Counted from the stretch's first letter, positions 6,702-15,151 are shown. The stretch is DNA of 30,829 nt from a virus (IMGVR_UViG_3300020181_000026:1-30829); one strand, 5' to 3'. Notes: a model not told the origin generated them from the sequence alone. Numbers and translations: made by a program.

Positions 6702-7096
6702 TACACCCGGACACCCTGCCCCTGCTCCACCCCGGTGACTGGACGGTCATCCATCAGGACGAGGCACAGCAATGGATAGCCTCTGACGAGGCCGAAGAGG
6801 TCCGCCTGTACTTGGACAACGCATCAATCTGGCTGGGCGACGGGCGACGGATTGCTAACCTCGTCATCCCGTTCCATGAGGCCAAATTCGCAGGATCTCT
6901 AGATATCACTCATCAAGGGCAGGGCCTTTGTTTCACCTACCTCGGTGACTACGTCCCCCTCCCTGTTGCGCTGTACATCCTTGAGAAAGCGGGATGGAAT
7001 GTGGTCAGGGACGGGAACTCGCTACAGATCACCGAGAAAATGACTACCGGAATCCCCGTCGTCTATCAGTTCAACGACGCTAACCTGATCAAATGA
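6698..7096 (+). CDS. Hypothetical protein, paralog A
   Basis: GTGA overlap; MIHPDTLPLLHPGDWTVIHQDE...VALYILEKAGW. Confidence 0.8.
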   Translation: MIHPDTLPLLHPGDWTVIHQDEAQQWIASDEAEEVRLYLDNASIWLGDGRRIANLVIPFHEAKFAGSLDITHQGQGLCFTYLGDYVPLPVALYILEKAGWNVVRDGNSLQITEKMTTGIPVVYQFNDANLIK

Positions 7097-7109
7097 ACAG
7101 GGGTACACG

Positions 7110-7427
7110 GTGATCGACCCGGACACCCTGCCCTCGCTCCATCCCGGCGACTGGACGGTCATCCACCAGGACGAAGGGCAACAGTGGATAGTTTCCGATG
7201 AAGCCGAAGAGATCCATCTGTACCGGAGTGATGAATCGGAAGACTGGCGACGGATCCCCAAGCTTGTCATTCCGTTCCATGGAGCCACATTCTCGGGGTC
7301 CATGGAAATGACCGAAGACGGACGGGGCACGTGCTTCACCTGTATCGGCTACCCCGTCCCCATCCCCGTCGCGCTGTACATCCTCGAGAAGTGGGGATGG
7401 AAGATAACCGAACAGAGGCACCCGTAA
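7110..7427 (+). CDS. Hypothetical protein, paralog B
   Basis: AGGGG RBS; MIDPDTLPSLHPGDWTVIHQDE...VALYILEKWGW, clearly homologous to 6698-7096. Confidence 0.8.
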   Translation: MIDPDTLPSLHPGDWTVIHQDEGQQWIVSDEAEEIHLYRSDESEDWRRIPKLVIPFHGATFSGSMEMTEDGRGTCFTCIGYPVPIPVALYILEKWGWKITEQRHP

Positions 7428-7479
7428 TGGCGGGAGCGTCGCACAACCCCCACACAGTAAACCGAAAGGAGCAAGAACT

Positions 7480-7743
7480 ATGACCGAGTACGACACCACC
7501 CACATGCCCCAGGTGAGCGCCCCACCCCTGGCGAAGGACTTCTACAGCGGCGCCACCCCGTTCAGTGGCACCCTGCTGGACACCCCGGAACCCTGGCACG
7601 TCACGGTGACTTTCCAGGGACGCTCGCAGTCAGACCAGTACACATTCTCCGCCTCCGGCACCCCCGAGTTCGTGGCAGAGGCCGTGAACGGCGCGACGTA
7701 CAGCTTCACGGCGGAGATGGAACGCCGGAGCGGCAAGGCATGA
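7480..7743 (+). CDS. Hypothetical protein (87 aa)
   Basis: AAGGAG RBS; ATGA overlap with the next gene. Confidence 0.8.
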   Translation: MTEYDTTHMPQVSAPPLAKDFYSGATPFSGTLLDTPEPWHVTVTFQGRSQSDQYTFSASGTPEFVAEAVNGATYSFTAEMERRSGKA

Positions 7744-7967
7744 CCACCCGGTTTGTCATCACCCGTAGCGCCGATCACGGCGGCTGGGCGATCCTCTTGC
7801 ACATTATCGAGGGAAGCGATCCGCACCAAGTCGTCTGCATCGCGGGGAGCAAGTCCGAGAAGGCGACCCACGACAAAACGATCTCCGACCTGGAAACGTT
7901 CATCCAGCAGGCGCAACGCACATGGACCCGAATGAAGGCGGTGGCCCCCAGTGACGTTCCGGCGTAG
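7740..7967 (+). CDS. Hypothetical protein (75 aa)
   Basis: ATGA overlap; GC3-rich codons. Confidence 0.7.
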   Translation: MTTRFVITRSADHGGWAILLHIIEGSDPHQVVCIAGSKSEKATHDKTISDLETFIQQAQRTWTRMKAVAPSDVPA

Positions 7968-8142
7968 CTCCACCTGCGGCAGCTCAACATGCGTAGAGGT
8001 CCACATGGGGGTGGACCAGGGAGTACTAGTGCGCAGTTCCGACCCGACTCAACCGTCGGTCCTGTACTTCACCGACGAGGAGTGGACCGAGTTCGTGGGT
8101 GCGGTCAAGCGCGGCGAGTTCGACATGGGGGTGCCAGCATGA
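7951..8142 (+). CDS. DUF397 family protein (BldB-like)
   Basis: FRRSSTCGSSTCVEV...VLVRSS...LYFTDEEWTEFVGAVKRGEFD matches the DUF397 pattern WRKSS..CVEVA..VRDSK..L.F....W..F....K.GEF. Confidence 0.9.
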   Translation: MTFRRSSTCGSSTCVEVHMGVDQGVLVRSSDPTQPSVLYFTDEEWTEFVGAVKRGEFDMGVPA

Positions 8143-8306
8143 GCACAGGACTAGCCATTGCCCTGGTGGGAACCCTGTTCACCGTGGCGTTCTTCGTCAT
8201 CGGCATGGGAGCCCTTGCCACCTGGCGAACGATCGAGACGGAACGCGCCGAACGGTTCGACTCCCTCACGGGGGCGAACGCCACCCGCGACCCCATGAGT
8301 ATGTAG
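8139..8306 (+). CDS. Small single-pass membrane protein (55 aa)
   Basis: ATGA overlap; MSTGLAIALVGTLFTVAFFVIGMGALATW hydrophobic helix. Confidence 0.7.
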   Translation: MSTGLAIALVGTLFTVAFFVIGMGALATWRTIETERAERFDSLTGANATRDPMSM

Positions 8307-8321
8307 CCGGACCAGCACAGA

Positions 8322-8359
8322 GAAATGCCCCGCATCCCGTGGAAGGTGCGGGGCATTTC
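8322..8359. terminator. Bidirectional terminator between the convergent genome arms
   Basis: GAAATGCCCCGCA...TGCGGGGCATTTC, a 13-bp perfect inverted repeat between the stops at 8306 (+) and 8400 (-). Confidence 0.8.
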
Positions 8360-8399
8360 CGTATCGGTGCGGTCCTGGGCTGGTCCCACTGTCTCCAGT

Positions 8400-8795
8400 C
8401 TAGTGCAGGCGGGATCCGCCGGTAAGGCCAGTGGCTTCCGGGCCCACGGGGGCGTTCGACGGAGAGACCTCCGGGGTCACCGACTGGCGCAGCAGGATGC
8501 CCATCACGGCGGTCACTGCCAGCACCAGGGCACCAACCCGCTCCTGCGAGAAGTCGAGACCGTACGCACCGAGTACCGCCGCGCCTGCGGTGATGACGCC
8601 GGTCCACACGGTCGGGGCCACGGGACGGACAAGGAGTGCGTTCCATGCCGTGAGGACGGCGGACACGAAGAAGACGATGAGTCCTGCCTGTTCAGCGCTC
8701 AGGCCGTCCCAGCCGAACGTGACGAAGAACGTCAGCGCGGCCGAGATGCCCTGCAGCCACAACGACGGCTCACGACCAAAGATCCTGGATTTCAT
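8400..8795 (-). CDS. Holin (about 4 TM helices)
   Basis: AGGAG RBS; MKSRIFGREP... with multiple hydrophobic segments and an RQSVTP tail; directly downstream of the endolysin. Confidence 0.8.
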   Translation of the reverse strand: MKSRIFGREPSLWLQGISAALTFFVTFGWDGLSAEQAGLIVFFVSAVLTAWNALLVRPVAPTVWTGVITAGAAVLGAYGLDFSQERVGALVLAVTAVMGILLRQSVTPEVSPSNAPVGPEATGLTGGSRLH

Positions 8796-8814
8796 GGGGA
8801 TACTCCTAGCGTGG

Positions 8815-9648
8815 TTAGGTGAGGCTTGCCCAAGTTTTCGGGCCGACAACGCCGTCAGCTTTCAACCCGCGCATCCTCTGGTACCAGATCACGGCATCAC
8901 GGGTGTCTGGGCCGAACTCGCCATCGGCTGCGGACTTCCCGATGAACGCCTGAACGTACTTCACGTCGGTGCCGCGCATGTGCGGAGTCGTCAGCTCCAG
9001 CACCCGCTTGCCCAGGGGGAACGACGGGAGCCCCGCAGGCGGCTTGGTTGGTGCGGGGGCCGCAGCGGCGGGGAGGCTCGCACGCCACTTGTCCACCGAC
9101 CATCCCGCGAGCACGGTGTACAGGGCCCACATGGCCCAGTAGTCGCCGACCTTGGAGCGGATGAACGAGATGTGGATGTGCCACAGGTGTGATGGGTCGG
9201 AGGTCGCGCCCTCTTCCCGGTACTCGTTGTACCCCTCCACCGACCGGTCGTTGTCCAGCTGTCCGTAGAACTCAAACACGGACATGTCTAGACGCGGGTC
9301 TTTCGGGTCGTGCGCGGAGTTCCACAGTCGCTTGAAGAACGTGACGATGGTGCGGTAGTTTCCCGACTGCGCGGAGGGGAATGTCAGGTCAATGGCGGAC
9401 GCTGCATCCCATCCCGGACCGAACTGGTTGACCTTGTCCCGAATGCTGTAATTGCCGGGCCAGCGGGCTTTGTTCCTTTTCCCACTGTTGTGGAATCCCG
9501 ACTTGTCCGCGTAGATGCCGCCGAGTTCCAGGTCGGGAGTCAGGGTTCTCACCATGCGCCAAAACCACCAAATGGACCCAAGTATCAGTGGGTTGTCTGG
9601 CTTCGGCTTGTCCACGTGGAAGTCGGGGCGGGTCAGGTTCATGGCCAT
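8815..9648 (-). CDS. Endolysin: zinc peptidase (M15-like) domain plus C-terminal peptidoglycan-binding domain
   Basis: GFHN...AIDL...WHIHISF candidate metal ligands; Pro/Ala linker; PG_binding_1 motif ADGEFGPDTRDAVIWYQRMRGLKADGVVGPKTW. Confidence 0.85.
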   Translation of the reverse strand: MAMNLTRPDFHVDKPKPDNPLILGSIWWFWRMVRTLTPDLELGGIYADKSGFHNSGKRNKARWPGNYSIRDKVNQFGPGWDAASAIDLTFPSAQSGNYRTIVTFFKRLWNSAHDPKDPRLDMSVFEFYGQLDNDRSVEGYNEYREEGATSDPSHLWHIHISFIRSKVGDYWAMWALYTVLAGWSVDKWRASLPAAAAPAPTKPPAGLPSFPLGKRVLELTTPHMRGTDVKYVQAFIGKSAADGEFGPDTRDAVIWYQRMRGLKADGVVGPKTWASLT

Positions 9649-9693
9649 GGCGTGGCCTTTCGGTGTCGGTGACGTGCACCTAAACGATACGTG

Positions 9694-10071
9694 TCACTGA
9701 GTCGTGCTGGGTGACGGACGAGGAATCGGAGTGAAGGACGGGGGTGCAGGCAGGAGCGAGGCGTCGCAACCGAGGTTGCGGTACAGCGTGCGGAATGCCG
9801 CCTGCAGTTGCACACCGAACTGCGTCGTTGGTGCGGGGCGCACGTTCTCTGTCCACGCGGTGAGGATCCCGAACGTCTCGCAGAACTTGCGGTCGGACGC
9901 CTTGCGAGCTACCTCGGCCTGTTCGATGGCCTGTTGCGCCGCGCGGTTGGTGTACACGATGTTCACGGTCATGCCGCCCAGGGTGAACACGAGCAGTAGG
10001 ACGATGATGACGAGCGGGGAACGCGCGTTCACTGCGGTGGGTCCCTTTCGGGGTGGTGGGTCATCGGTCAT
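9694..10071 (-). CDS. Lysis-cassette membrane protein (1 TM, two Cys, Pro-rich tail)
   Basis: LVIIVLLLVFTLGGMTV TM segment; ATGA overlap with the upstream gene. Confidence 0.75.
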   Translation of the reverse strand: MTDDPPPRKGPTAVNARSPLVIIVLLLVFTLGGMTVNIVYTNRAAQQAIEQAEVARKASDRKFCETFGILTAWTENVRPAPTTQFGVQLQAAFRTLYRNLGCDASLLPAPPSFTPIPRPSPSTTQ

Positions 10072-10358
10072 GGCCTAGTGCCCGATGATTCGGGTTGCGA
10101 CGATGGTTGCTCCGGTGGCGACGGCTGCTCCGGAGATCCCGAGGGCAAGGATGTTGTACCGGAGCCTGCCTGCCCATTCCGGGCGAGACTGATTGCGGCT
10201 GCTCCCGCTGGCCCCGCTAGCAAACCCAGCGCCGTCCCCAGCAGGACCGGATTCGCTTGTCCCGGATCCAAAATGAAAGCTTGATGGGTGATTATCCCAA
10301 ACCCCAGGGTAAGAGAACCGAAGTCGAACAACATGCGTCTCACCCGTTCCGTGTTCAC
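10068..10358 (-). CDS. Lysis-cassette membrane protein (2 TM, Ser/Pro-rich tail)
   Basis: GTG start after a purine-rich RBS; two hydrophobic segments. Confidence 0.7.
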   Translation of the reverse strand: MNTERVRRMLFDFGSLTLGFGIITHQAFILDPGQANPVLLGTALGLLAGPAGAAAISLARNGQAGSGTTSLPSGSPEQPSPPEQPSSQPESSGTRP

Positions 10359-10448
10359 GCATTCCCTGCCCCTCTCGCCGGTTAAGAGCCATCCCCGGCA
10401 TGGTATCCCCGCGTCCATATCCCCACACGCTATCCAATAAATAAGGCA

Positions 10449-10464
10449 TGCCAATTCGTTGGCA
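10449..10464. promoter_or_regulatory. Inverted repeat in the AT-rich divergent region upstream of the lysis genes
   Basis: TGCCAA-TTCG-TTGGCA next to AATAAATAA. Confidence 0.3.
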
Positions 10465-10599
10465 CATGCATATGAACGTGAGCAGCCCCCCGCATGGTAG
10501 GGCAATGATCATGAAGCGGGGTATCCGGGATGCGGACAGAGTCTTGCGCCCATACCCATCCACGGCGGTACGATGTACACAGACCAACGAGGAGGAGAA

Positions 10600-10749
10600 A
10601 TGCCCGGTATGGACGAAAAGGACGTCGAGCGCGCGAAGACCTACAACGAAAACCCCGACAAGCCCGTGACCGAAACCGACGCTGAGTACCGTCAGGCCAT
10701 GGAAGGCAAGGCACCCGAAGGCGAACCGGAGTCCGGAATCCGACAGTGA
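10600..10749 (+). CDS. Moron-like 49-aa acidic protein (absent from the ORF track)
   Basis: GAGGAGGAG RBS; MPGMDEKDVERAKTYNENPDKPVTETDAEYRQAMEGKAPEGEPESGIRQ; TTGCGC-N19-TACGAT upstream; hairpin downstream. Confidence 0.7.
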   Translation: MPGMDEKDVERAKTYNENPDKPVTETDAEYRQAMEGKAPEGEPESGIRQ

Positions 10750-10756
10750 GGAAAAC

Positions 10757-10810
10757 GGGGTGATCCGGTTCCGCCACGGGTGCCACGCCCCACCCTCACC
10801 GGATCACCCC
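10757..10810. terminator. Hairpin between convergent genes
   Basis: GGGGTGATCCGGT...ACCGGATCACCCC, 13-bp perfect arms. Confidence 0.7.
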
Positions 10811-10823
10811 TGCCTATACACCG

Positions 10824-11138
10824 TTACGGGGCGGAATCCTCACGCACCCGGAACCGTGTCCACGTACTGCGCTCCTCGATAGCGCCCGGCCCATACAGAA
10901 CAGCGCGCGCGGCCCACTGACCCGCGACATCAAACGGAGCCGGGAACGCACCCAACACGCTCGACGACGACACTTCCATCGTCGCCGGGGTAACCGTCTG
11001 AACCTCACCGGCAGGGTCAAGGATCTCGATCGCCGCCGCATCAAACCCATTGAACGGGTCGGCCTGCTGAGGGCGAGTGACTTTCAAACGAATCAACCCG
11101 GGGGGAAGATCCCCCACCGTGAACGGACCTAGCGCCAT
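10824..11138 (-). CDS. Small beta-sandwich (Ig/BppU-like) virion accessory protein
   Basis: AGGAG RBS; F.VGD...ILDPAG...FDVAGQW...FRV pattern; follows the fibre gene. Fold is inferred. Confidence 0.6.
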   Translation of the reverse strand: MALGPFTVGDLPPGLIRLKVTRPQQADPFNGFDAAAIEILDPAGEVQTVTPATMEVSSSSVLGAFPAPFDVAGQWAARAVLYGPGAIEERSTWTRFRVREDSAP

Positions 11139-11150
11139 GGCGTGTACTCC

Positions 11151-14100
11151 TTAGTCCTGCACAACAACTTCCCCTATCAAACCCGACAGAAGCGTGTCGT
11201 CAGTAAGGGAACCAAGGGCGACATCGGAACTATGATAGGGAACGGACTGAACACGGTAGAAAATGGTCAACAGCTGCGAGATCCGACCGGCCGTACTGAA
11301 CAGGACGGAAAGGTCCCGTGCCGCCTGCCCCCGCAGTACCCACTGAATGGAAAGATCCCGGTTCGCCACCGTACCCAGGACGCCCCACTGTAGCGTTGCG
11401 TCCTTCGGCGACACCCGCGACAACACGCGCCAGGGCAGATCGAGATCCTGACTCAGGGGTGCAGTGACCCCCCACCGCAGCGCTAGGTCCGTGGCGTCCG
11501 CGGTCTGGAGGATCTTCCATCGGAATTCCAGGGCTTTCGCAGCGGCAATCTCATTCGCGACGCGCCAGAACAACCCCATCGACGAGGGGGTGGACATGGC
11601 GGCGGAGATACGCCACGGAACAGAAACGTCCCTGCTGACCGCGGACGCGATACCCCACTGAACTCCGATGTCACGGGTGACCTTCCCTGTCGTGGCCCAC
11701 ACCAGCTCCATGTCCTTCGACACCGAACCAGCAGCCTTCCACAGCAGGGACACATCCCTGGTGACACCCTGGTTAACCGCCCACGGCAACGACAGGTCCC
11801 TCGGGGCCGCCAACTGGGCAGCCACCCGCCACGGCAACGACAGGTCCCTCGGCGACGCCAAGGCACTGGCCACACGCCACGGCAAGGAGAGGTCCTTGGG
11901 CGCGGCAACGGCAGTGGACACACGCCACGGCAAGGAAACGTCCGCCGTCACCAGACTGGCGACAAGCCACTGGAACTCCGCTGTCGCCACCGGGGATTCG
12001 TACGTGACCCACGAAACCGTGAGGTCCGCGGACACCTGCCCCCCGACGGACCACCGAGCATCCAGATCCTTGGAGACAGACTGAGCCACCTTCCACCGGA
12101 CGTCCACGTCCTTGGGCGCGGCAATCGGCGCCAACAGCGGCGCCGGACCGATCGGTGTACCCGCGTCCCACACCCGGGCGCCGTCGATGGTGACGCCCTG
12201 GTTCGCTTCGTTACGGGCGATGCCGAACCCCATGAGAAGGCTCGTGCCGTTGCGCACCGTGTCGTTGTTCGCAGAACCCGTGATCGCGTCGCCAGCGACA
12301 GCAACAGTGGTGGAGTCCGGATCAGTGAACAACGAGGCGGAGATCTGCCCCGCCGTGACACTGTGCGTGAACCAACCCTCAAGGCGATGCCACTGCCCAG
12401 GGGTCACCGTCGAGACGGTAGTGCCTTCGGTCCCAGTGAAACCGTCCATCAGCCGGACCTGACCCGTCGTCAGAACCGACACTTCCATGACGAAGGTGGT
12501 AGACGCGTCCGCAGCGAGCACCAGCCGCGTACGGTCCGAACCCGTGGGCAACCGATCTACCTTGAAGTAGACCCGCCAGTCCTTGCGCAGCTGCCCAGCG
12601 GCAGTGCTACCGACAGTCCCCCCGGACCACCCGACATAAGACATGCCGGCCGTGCCGCCCGTTGTGCAGTACAACGCGCTTGACCCGAGGTGGTATCCCG
12701 ACGTGGTGTACACCCGCGCAGAGCCGGTGGAACTGGCAAGGATCTGAACAGCAGTGGACCCAGGCTCGTTGTCATCGGAGTTGGCAGTCGTCAGGGCAGC
12801 GCCGTTGGTCCCCTCAAAACCGTTGTAGACGTCGAACGTCATGACACCCCCGGATTCAACCTTCCAACGAAGGTCGACATCCTTCGGAGCGACGACGGAA
12901 AGGACAACCCACCGGGCATCCAGGTCTTTCGAGACAGAGGACGTGATGCCCCATCTCGCATCCAAGTCCTTGGACACCGCCGACGTGACACCCCAGCGCG
13001 CATCCAGGTCCTTAGTTACCGCACCTGCAACGCCCCACCGGGTATCCAGGTCTTTCGACACGGACGTGGTGGCCGCGGTCACCGCCCAGCGTGCATCCAG
13101 GTCCTTGGTGACCGTGGACGTAACCCGCCACCGAGCATCCAGATCCTTGGAAACGGCAACCTGGACACCCCAACGGGTATCCAGGTCCTTGACGACGGAA
13201 GACACCACCGCCCACCGGGCATCCAAATCCTTGGACACCGCCGACGCGACACCCCACCGCGCATCCAAGTCCTTGGTGACTGTGGATGTGACACGCCACC
13301 GGGCATCCAAGTCCTTGGAGACCGAGGAAGCCACACCCCAGCGGGTATCCAGGTCCTTTGCGATGGGCCCGGAAACCTTCCACCGCAGATCAGCGTCTTT
13401 GTTGGGCAGGATCGGCGGGGACAGCAGCGCCATTGGGCCGATGGCAGTGCCAGCGTCGTGCACGCGGACCCCGTCGAGCATGACGCCTTGACTGGCCTCG
13501 TCCCGGGCGATACCGAAACCGATGGTGAGGTTCCCACCGCCGCGCACGGTGTCGTTGTCCGCGGACCCCGTGATGGTGTCACCGGCATTGGACACCGCCG
13601 TTGCGTCCATGCTGGTGAACAGGGACATGCCCATTTGGCCAGCAGTGGCGCTGTGCGTGAACCAACCCTCAAGCCGGTACCAAACCCCGGCGCTCACCGT
13701 GGAAACGGTGGTGCCTTCGGTCCCCCCGAATCCATCCATCAGGCGGATTTGGCCCGTCGTCAGGACGGACGCCTCCATGATGAAGGCGTTGGACGCATCG
13801 GTCGCCAGGACCAGGCGAGTGCGGTCCGAACCGGTGGGTAGCCGGTCCAGCTTGAAATAGATCCGCCAATCTTTGCGGGGTTGCCCGGACGCGCAACTGC
13901 CTACGGTGCCGCCAGACCAACCGACGTAGGACTGTCCCGCTGTGACACCCGTGGTGCAGTACAGCGACGTTCCGGAACCGGCTTCAACCGGGACGACGGT
14001 GAAGTGGTCAAGCTCAACCCACGTCGTCCCGTTCGTCTCGACCTTGAGTGTGTGACTGCCCGGGGTGAGTGGACCGGAGTCGTAGATGAGGGTGGAGTTA

Positions 14101-14519
14101 CCGGCCCCGGCCTGCCCATAGGCGCTGCCCTGCAGCACCCCGTCTATGTAGACCTTGGATGTGCCACGCCCAGCCGCGAGGGTCGCCCACCACTGCAACC
14201 GGGTGCAATTAGCGTGGGTGTACTCCGCCGTACCTAACCCGGGGACGGATGTGGCGCTGCCGTCCGACCATCCCGCACCGAGTCCACTGAACGTGGACCA
14301 CCCTCCGGTGTAGGTGATCCCGTCGCCCTGGTTGCGGACTTTCTGCAGGATGGCGGTGCCGTTGAACCGGGCACCCGCCGCCTTGTACACCCGGGCCGAG
14401 CCAGCACCGTTGCCGAGGATCTGAACCGGGGTGGCGTTGGGTTGCGAAGCGTTCGAGTTCGACTCGGTGAGGGCAGCCGCGTCCGTGCCTTCAAAGCCGT
14501 TATGGACAACGAACGCCAC
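11151..14519 (-). CDS. 1122-aa fibre/adhesin-like protein with two lectin-like (LamG/ConA-like) domains and two Trp-repeat blocks
   Basis: GGAAGGTGG RBS; duplicated ~230-aa domain (NGFEG...W(Y/H)RLEG...DG.RV.D); ~14-aa KDLDARW.V repeats. Confidence 0.8.
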   Translation of the reverse strand: MAFVVHNGFEGTDAAALTESNSNASQPNATPVQILGNGAGSARVYKAAGARFNGTAILQKVRNQGDGITYTGGWSTFSGLGAGWSDGSATSVPGLGTAEYTHANCTRLQWWATLAAGRGTSKVYIDGVLQGSAYGQAGAGNSTLIYDSGPLTPGSHTLKVETNGTTWVELDHFTVVPVEAGSGTSLYCTTGVTAGQSYVGWSGGTVGSCASGQPRKDWRIYFKLDRLPTGSDRTRLVLATDASNAFIMEASVLTTGQIRLMDGFGGTEGTTVSTVSAGVWYRLEGWFTHSATAGQMGMSLFTSMDATAVSNAGDTITGSADNDTVRGGGNLTIGFGIARDEASQGVMLDGVRVHDAGTAIGPMALLSPPILPNKDADLRWKVSGPIAKDLDTRWGVASSVSKDLDARWRVTSTVTKDLDARWGVASAVSKDLDARWAVVSSVVKDLDTRWGVQVAVSKDLDARWRVTSTVTKDLDARWAVTAATTSVSKDLDTRWGVAGAVTKDLDARWGVTSAVSKDLDARWGITSSVSKDLDARWVVLSVVAPKDVDLRWKVESGGVMTFDVYNGFEGTNGAALTTANSDDNEPGSTAVQILASSTGSARVYTTSGYHLGSSALYCTTGGTAGMSYVGWSGGTVGSTAAGQLRKDWRVYFKVDRLPTGSDRTRLVLAADASTTFVMEVSVLTTGQVRLMDGFTGTEGTTVSTVTPGQWHRLEGWFTHSVTAGQISASLFTDPDSTTVAVAGDAITGSANNDTVRNGTSLLMGFGIARNEANQGVTIDGARVWDAGTPIGPAPLLAPIAAPKDVDVRWKVAQSVSKDLDARWSVGGQVSADLTVSWVTYESPVATAEFQWLVASLVTADVSLPWRVSTAVAAPKDLSLPWRVASALASPRDLSLPWRVAAQLAAPRDLSLPWAVNQGVTRDVSLLWKAAGSVSKDMELVWATTGKVTRDIGVQWGIASAVSRDVSVPWRISAAMSTPSSMGLFWRVANEIAAAKALEFRWKILQTADATDLALRWGVTAPLSQDLDLPWRVLSRVSPKDATLQWGVLGTVANRDLSIQWVLRGQAARDLSVLFSTAGRISQLLTIFYRVQSVPYHSSDVALGSLTDDTLLSGLIGEVVVQD
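11240..12113 (-). repeat. Degenerate coding repeat block 2 (about 20 units of 14-16 aa)
   Basis: (K/R)DLSLPWRV-type units. Confidence 0.8.
12850..13400 (-). repeat. Coding tandem repeat block 1 (13 units, ~42 bp)
   Basis: KDLD(A/T)RWxVxxxVx; on the + strand, recurring ATCCAGGTCCTT-like cores. Confidence 0.9.
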
Positions 14520-14547
14520 GGCGCCCCACCTTCCTTTTCGGCACGGA

Positions 14548-14591
14548 GGGGCGCAAGGTCACGCAGGGCAGGCTACGTAACCTTGCACCCC
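14548..14591 (-). terminator. 19-bp hairpin (attenuator, terminator or mRNA stabiliser)
   Basis: Minus strand GGGGTGCAAGGTTACGTAG-cctgcc-CTGCGTGACCTTGCGCCCC; three G-U pairs form only on the - strand. Confidence 0.75.
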
Positions 14592-14598
14592 GGGAAGA

Positions 14599-15126
14599 TT
14601 ACGGCAGGGTGTCACCCGTGACTCGGATGATTCCGCCATCGGGGTTCAACGCGGAAGTACCGGCGCCAACGGTCCGACGGATCCACACGCCCTTAACCTG
14701 GCCGGGACCGATGTCACCCAGGGCCAACGGTCCGGCGCCGAACGCGGACACACCCGTCGGGGCGGTGTTCTCGTTGGCGACCGTCGCGGCCTGAGCCGAA
14801 CCGGAACCCTTCGCCGACACGGCAATGTTGTCCGTAGCGATGTCAATCGACGCGCCACCCGAGGTCTGCGACTGGACGGCAACCGTCGCGTTCTGCAGGG
14901 TGAGAGTGGCGTGGTTGTTCAGGACGAAGATGCACCGGTACTCGACGTCACCGGCCGCGCTCTCCGCACCCGACACATCGTCGAACAGGTTGTTCATCGT
15001 CGCGTCGGTGATCTGCGTCGTCGACACCTGGTCACCGAGCGACGTGGCAGCGGTACCTGCCTGCGAGTCGCCCGTGGCAGCGACCACCGAAAAACGATAC
15101 TGAATATCACTATTGGTAATCGCCAT
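14599..15126 (-). CDS. Virion structural protein of unknown role (175 aa)
   Basis: AAGGGG RBS; Ala/Thr/Gly/Ser-rich beta protein, NNLFDDVSGAESAAGDVEYRCIFV...GVWIRRTV. Confidence 0.7.
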   Translation of the reverse strand: MAITNSDIQYRFSVVAATGDSQAGTAATSLGDQVSTTQITDATMNNLFDDVSGAESAAGDVEYRCIFVLNNHATLTLQNATVAVQSQTSGGASIDIATDNIAVSAKGSGSAQAATVANENTAPTGVSAFGAGPLALGDIGPGQVKGVWIRRTVGAGTSALNPDGGIIRVTGDTLP

Positions 15127-15151
15127 GGCGTACCCCTTAGCAGTCTGTGTC

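Noticed and set aside
2030-7967. Paralogy between ORF 2030-2290 and ORF 7740-7967 (TREQAITKLTSLIEQAK vs THDKTISDLETFIQQAQ)
   Set aside because: Similarity is limited to one amphipathic helix and could be chance.
5753-10512. ATGATCAT palindrome in two intergenic regions (5753-5760 and 10505-10512)
   Set aside because: Only 8 bp and two copies; too weak to call an operator.
12850-13400. Regular ~42-bp repeats as a CRISPR array
   Set aside because: The units are in-frame protein repeats with synonymous variation and short non-unique linkers; no cas genes are present.
12130-13970. Duplicated fibre domains as DGR template/variable repeats
   Set aside because: Both copies lie in one ORF, the differences are not adenine-specific, and no reverse transcriptase is in the window.
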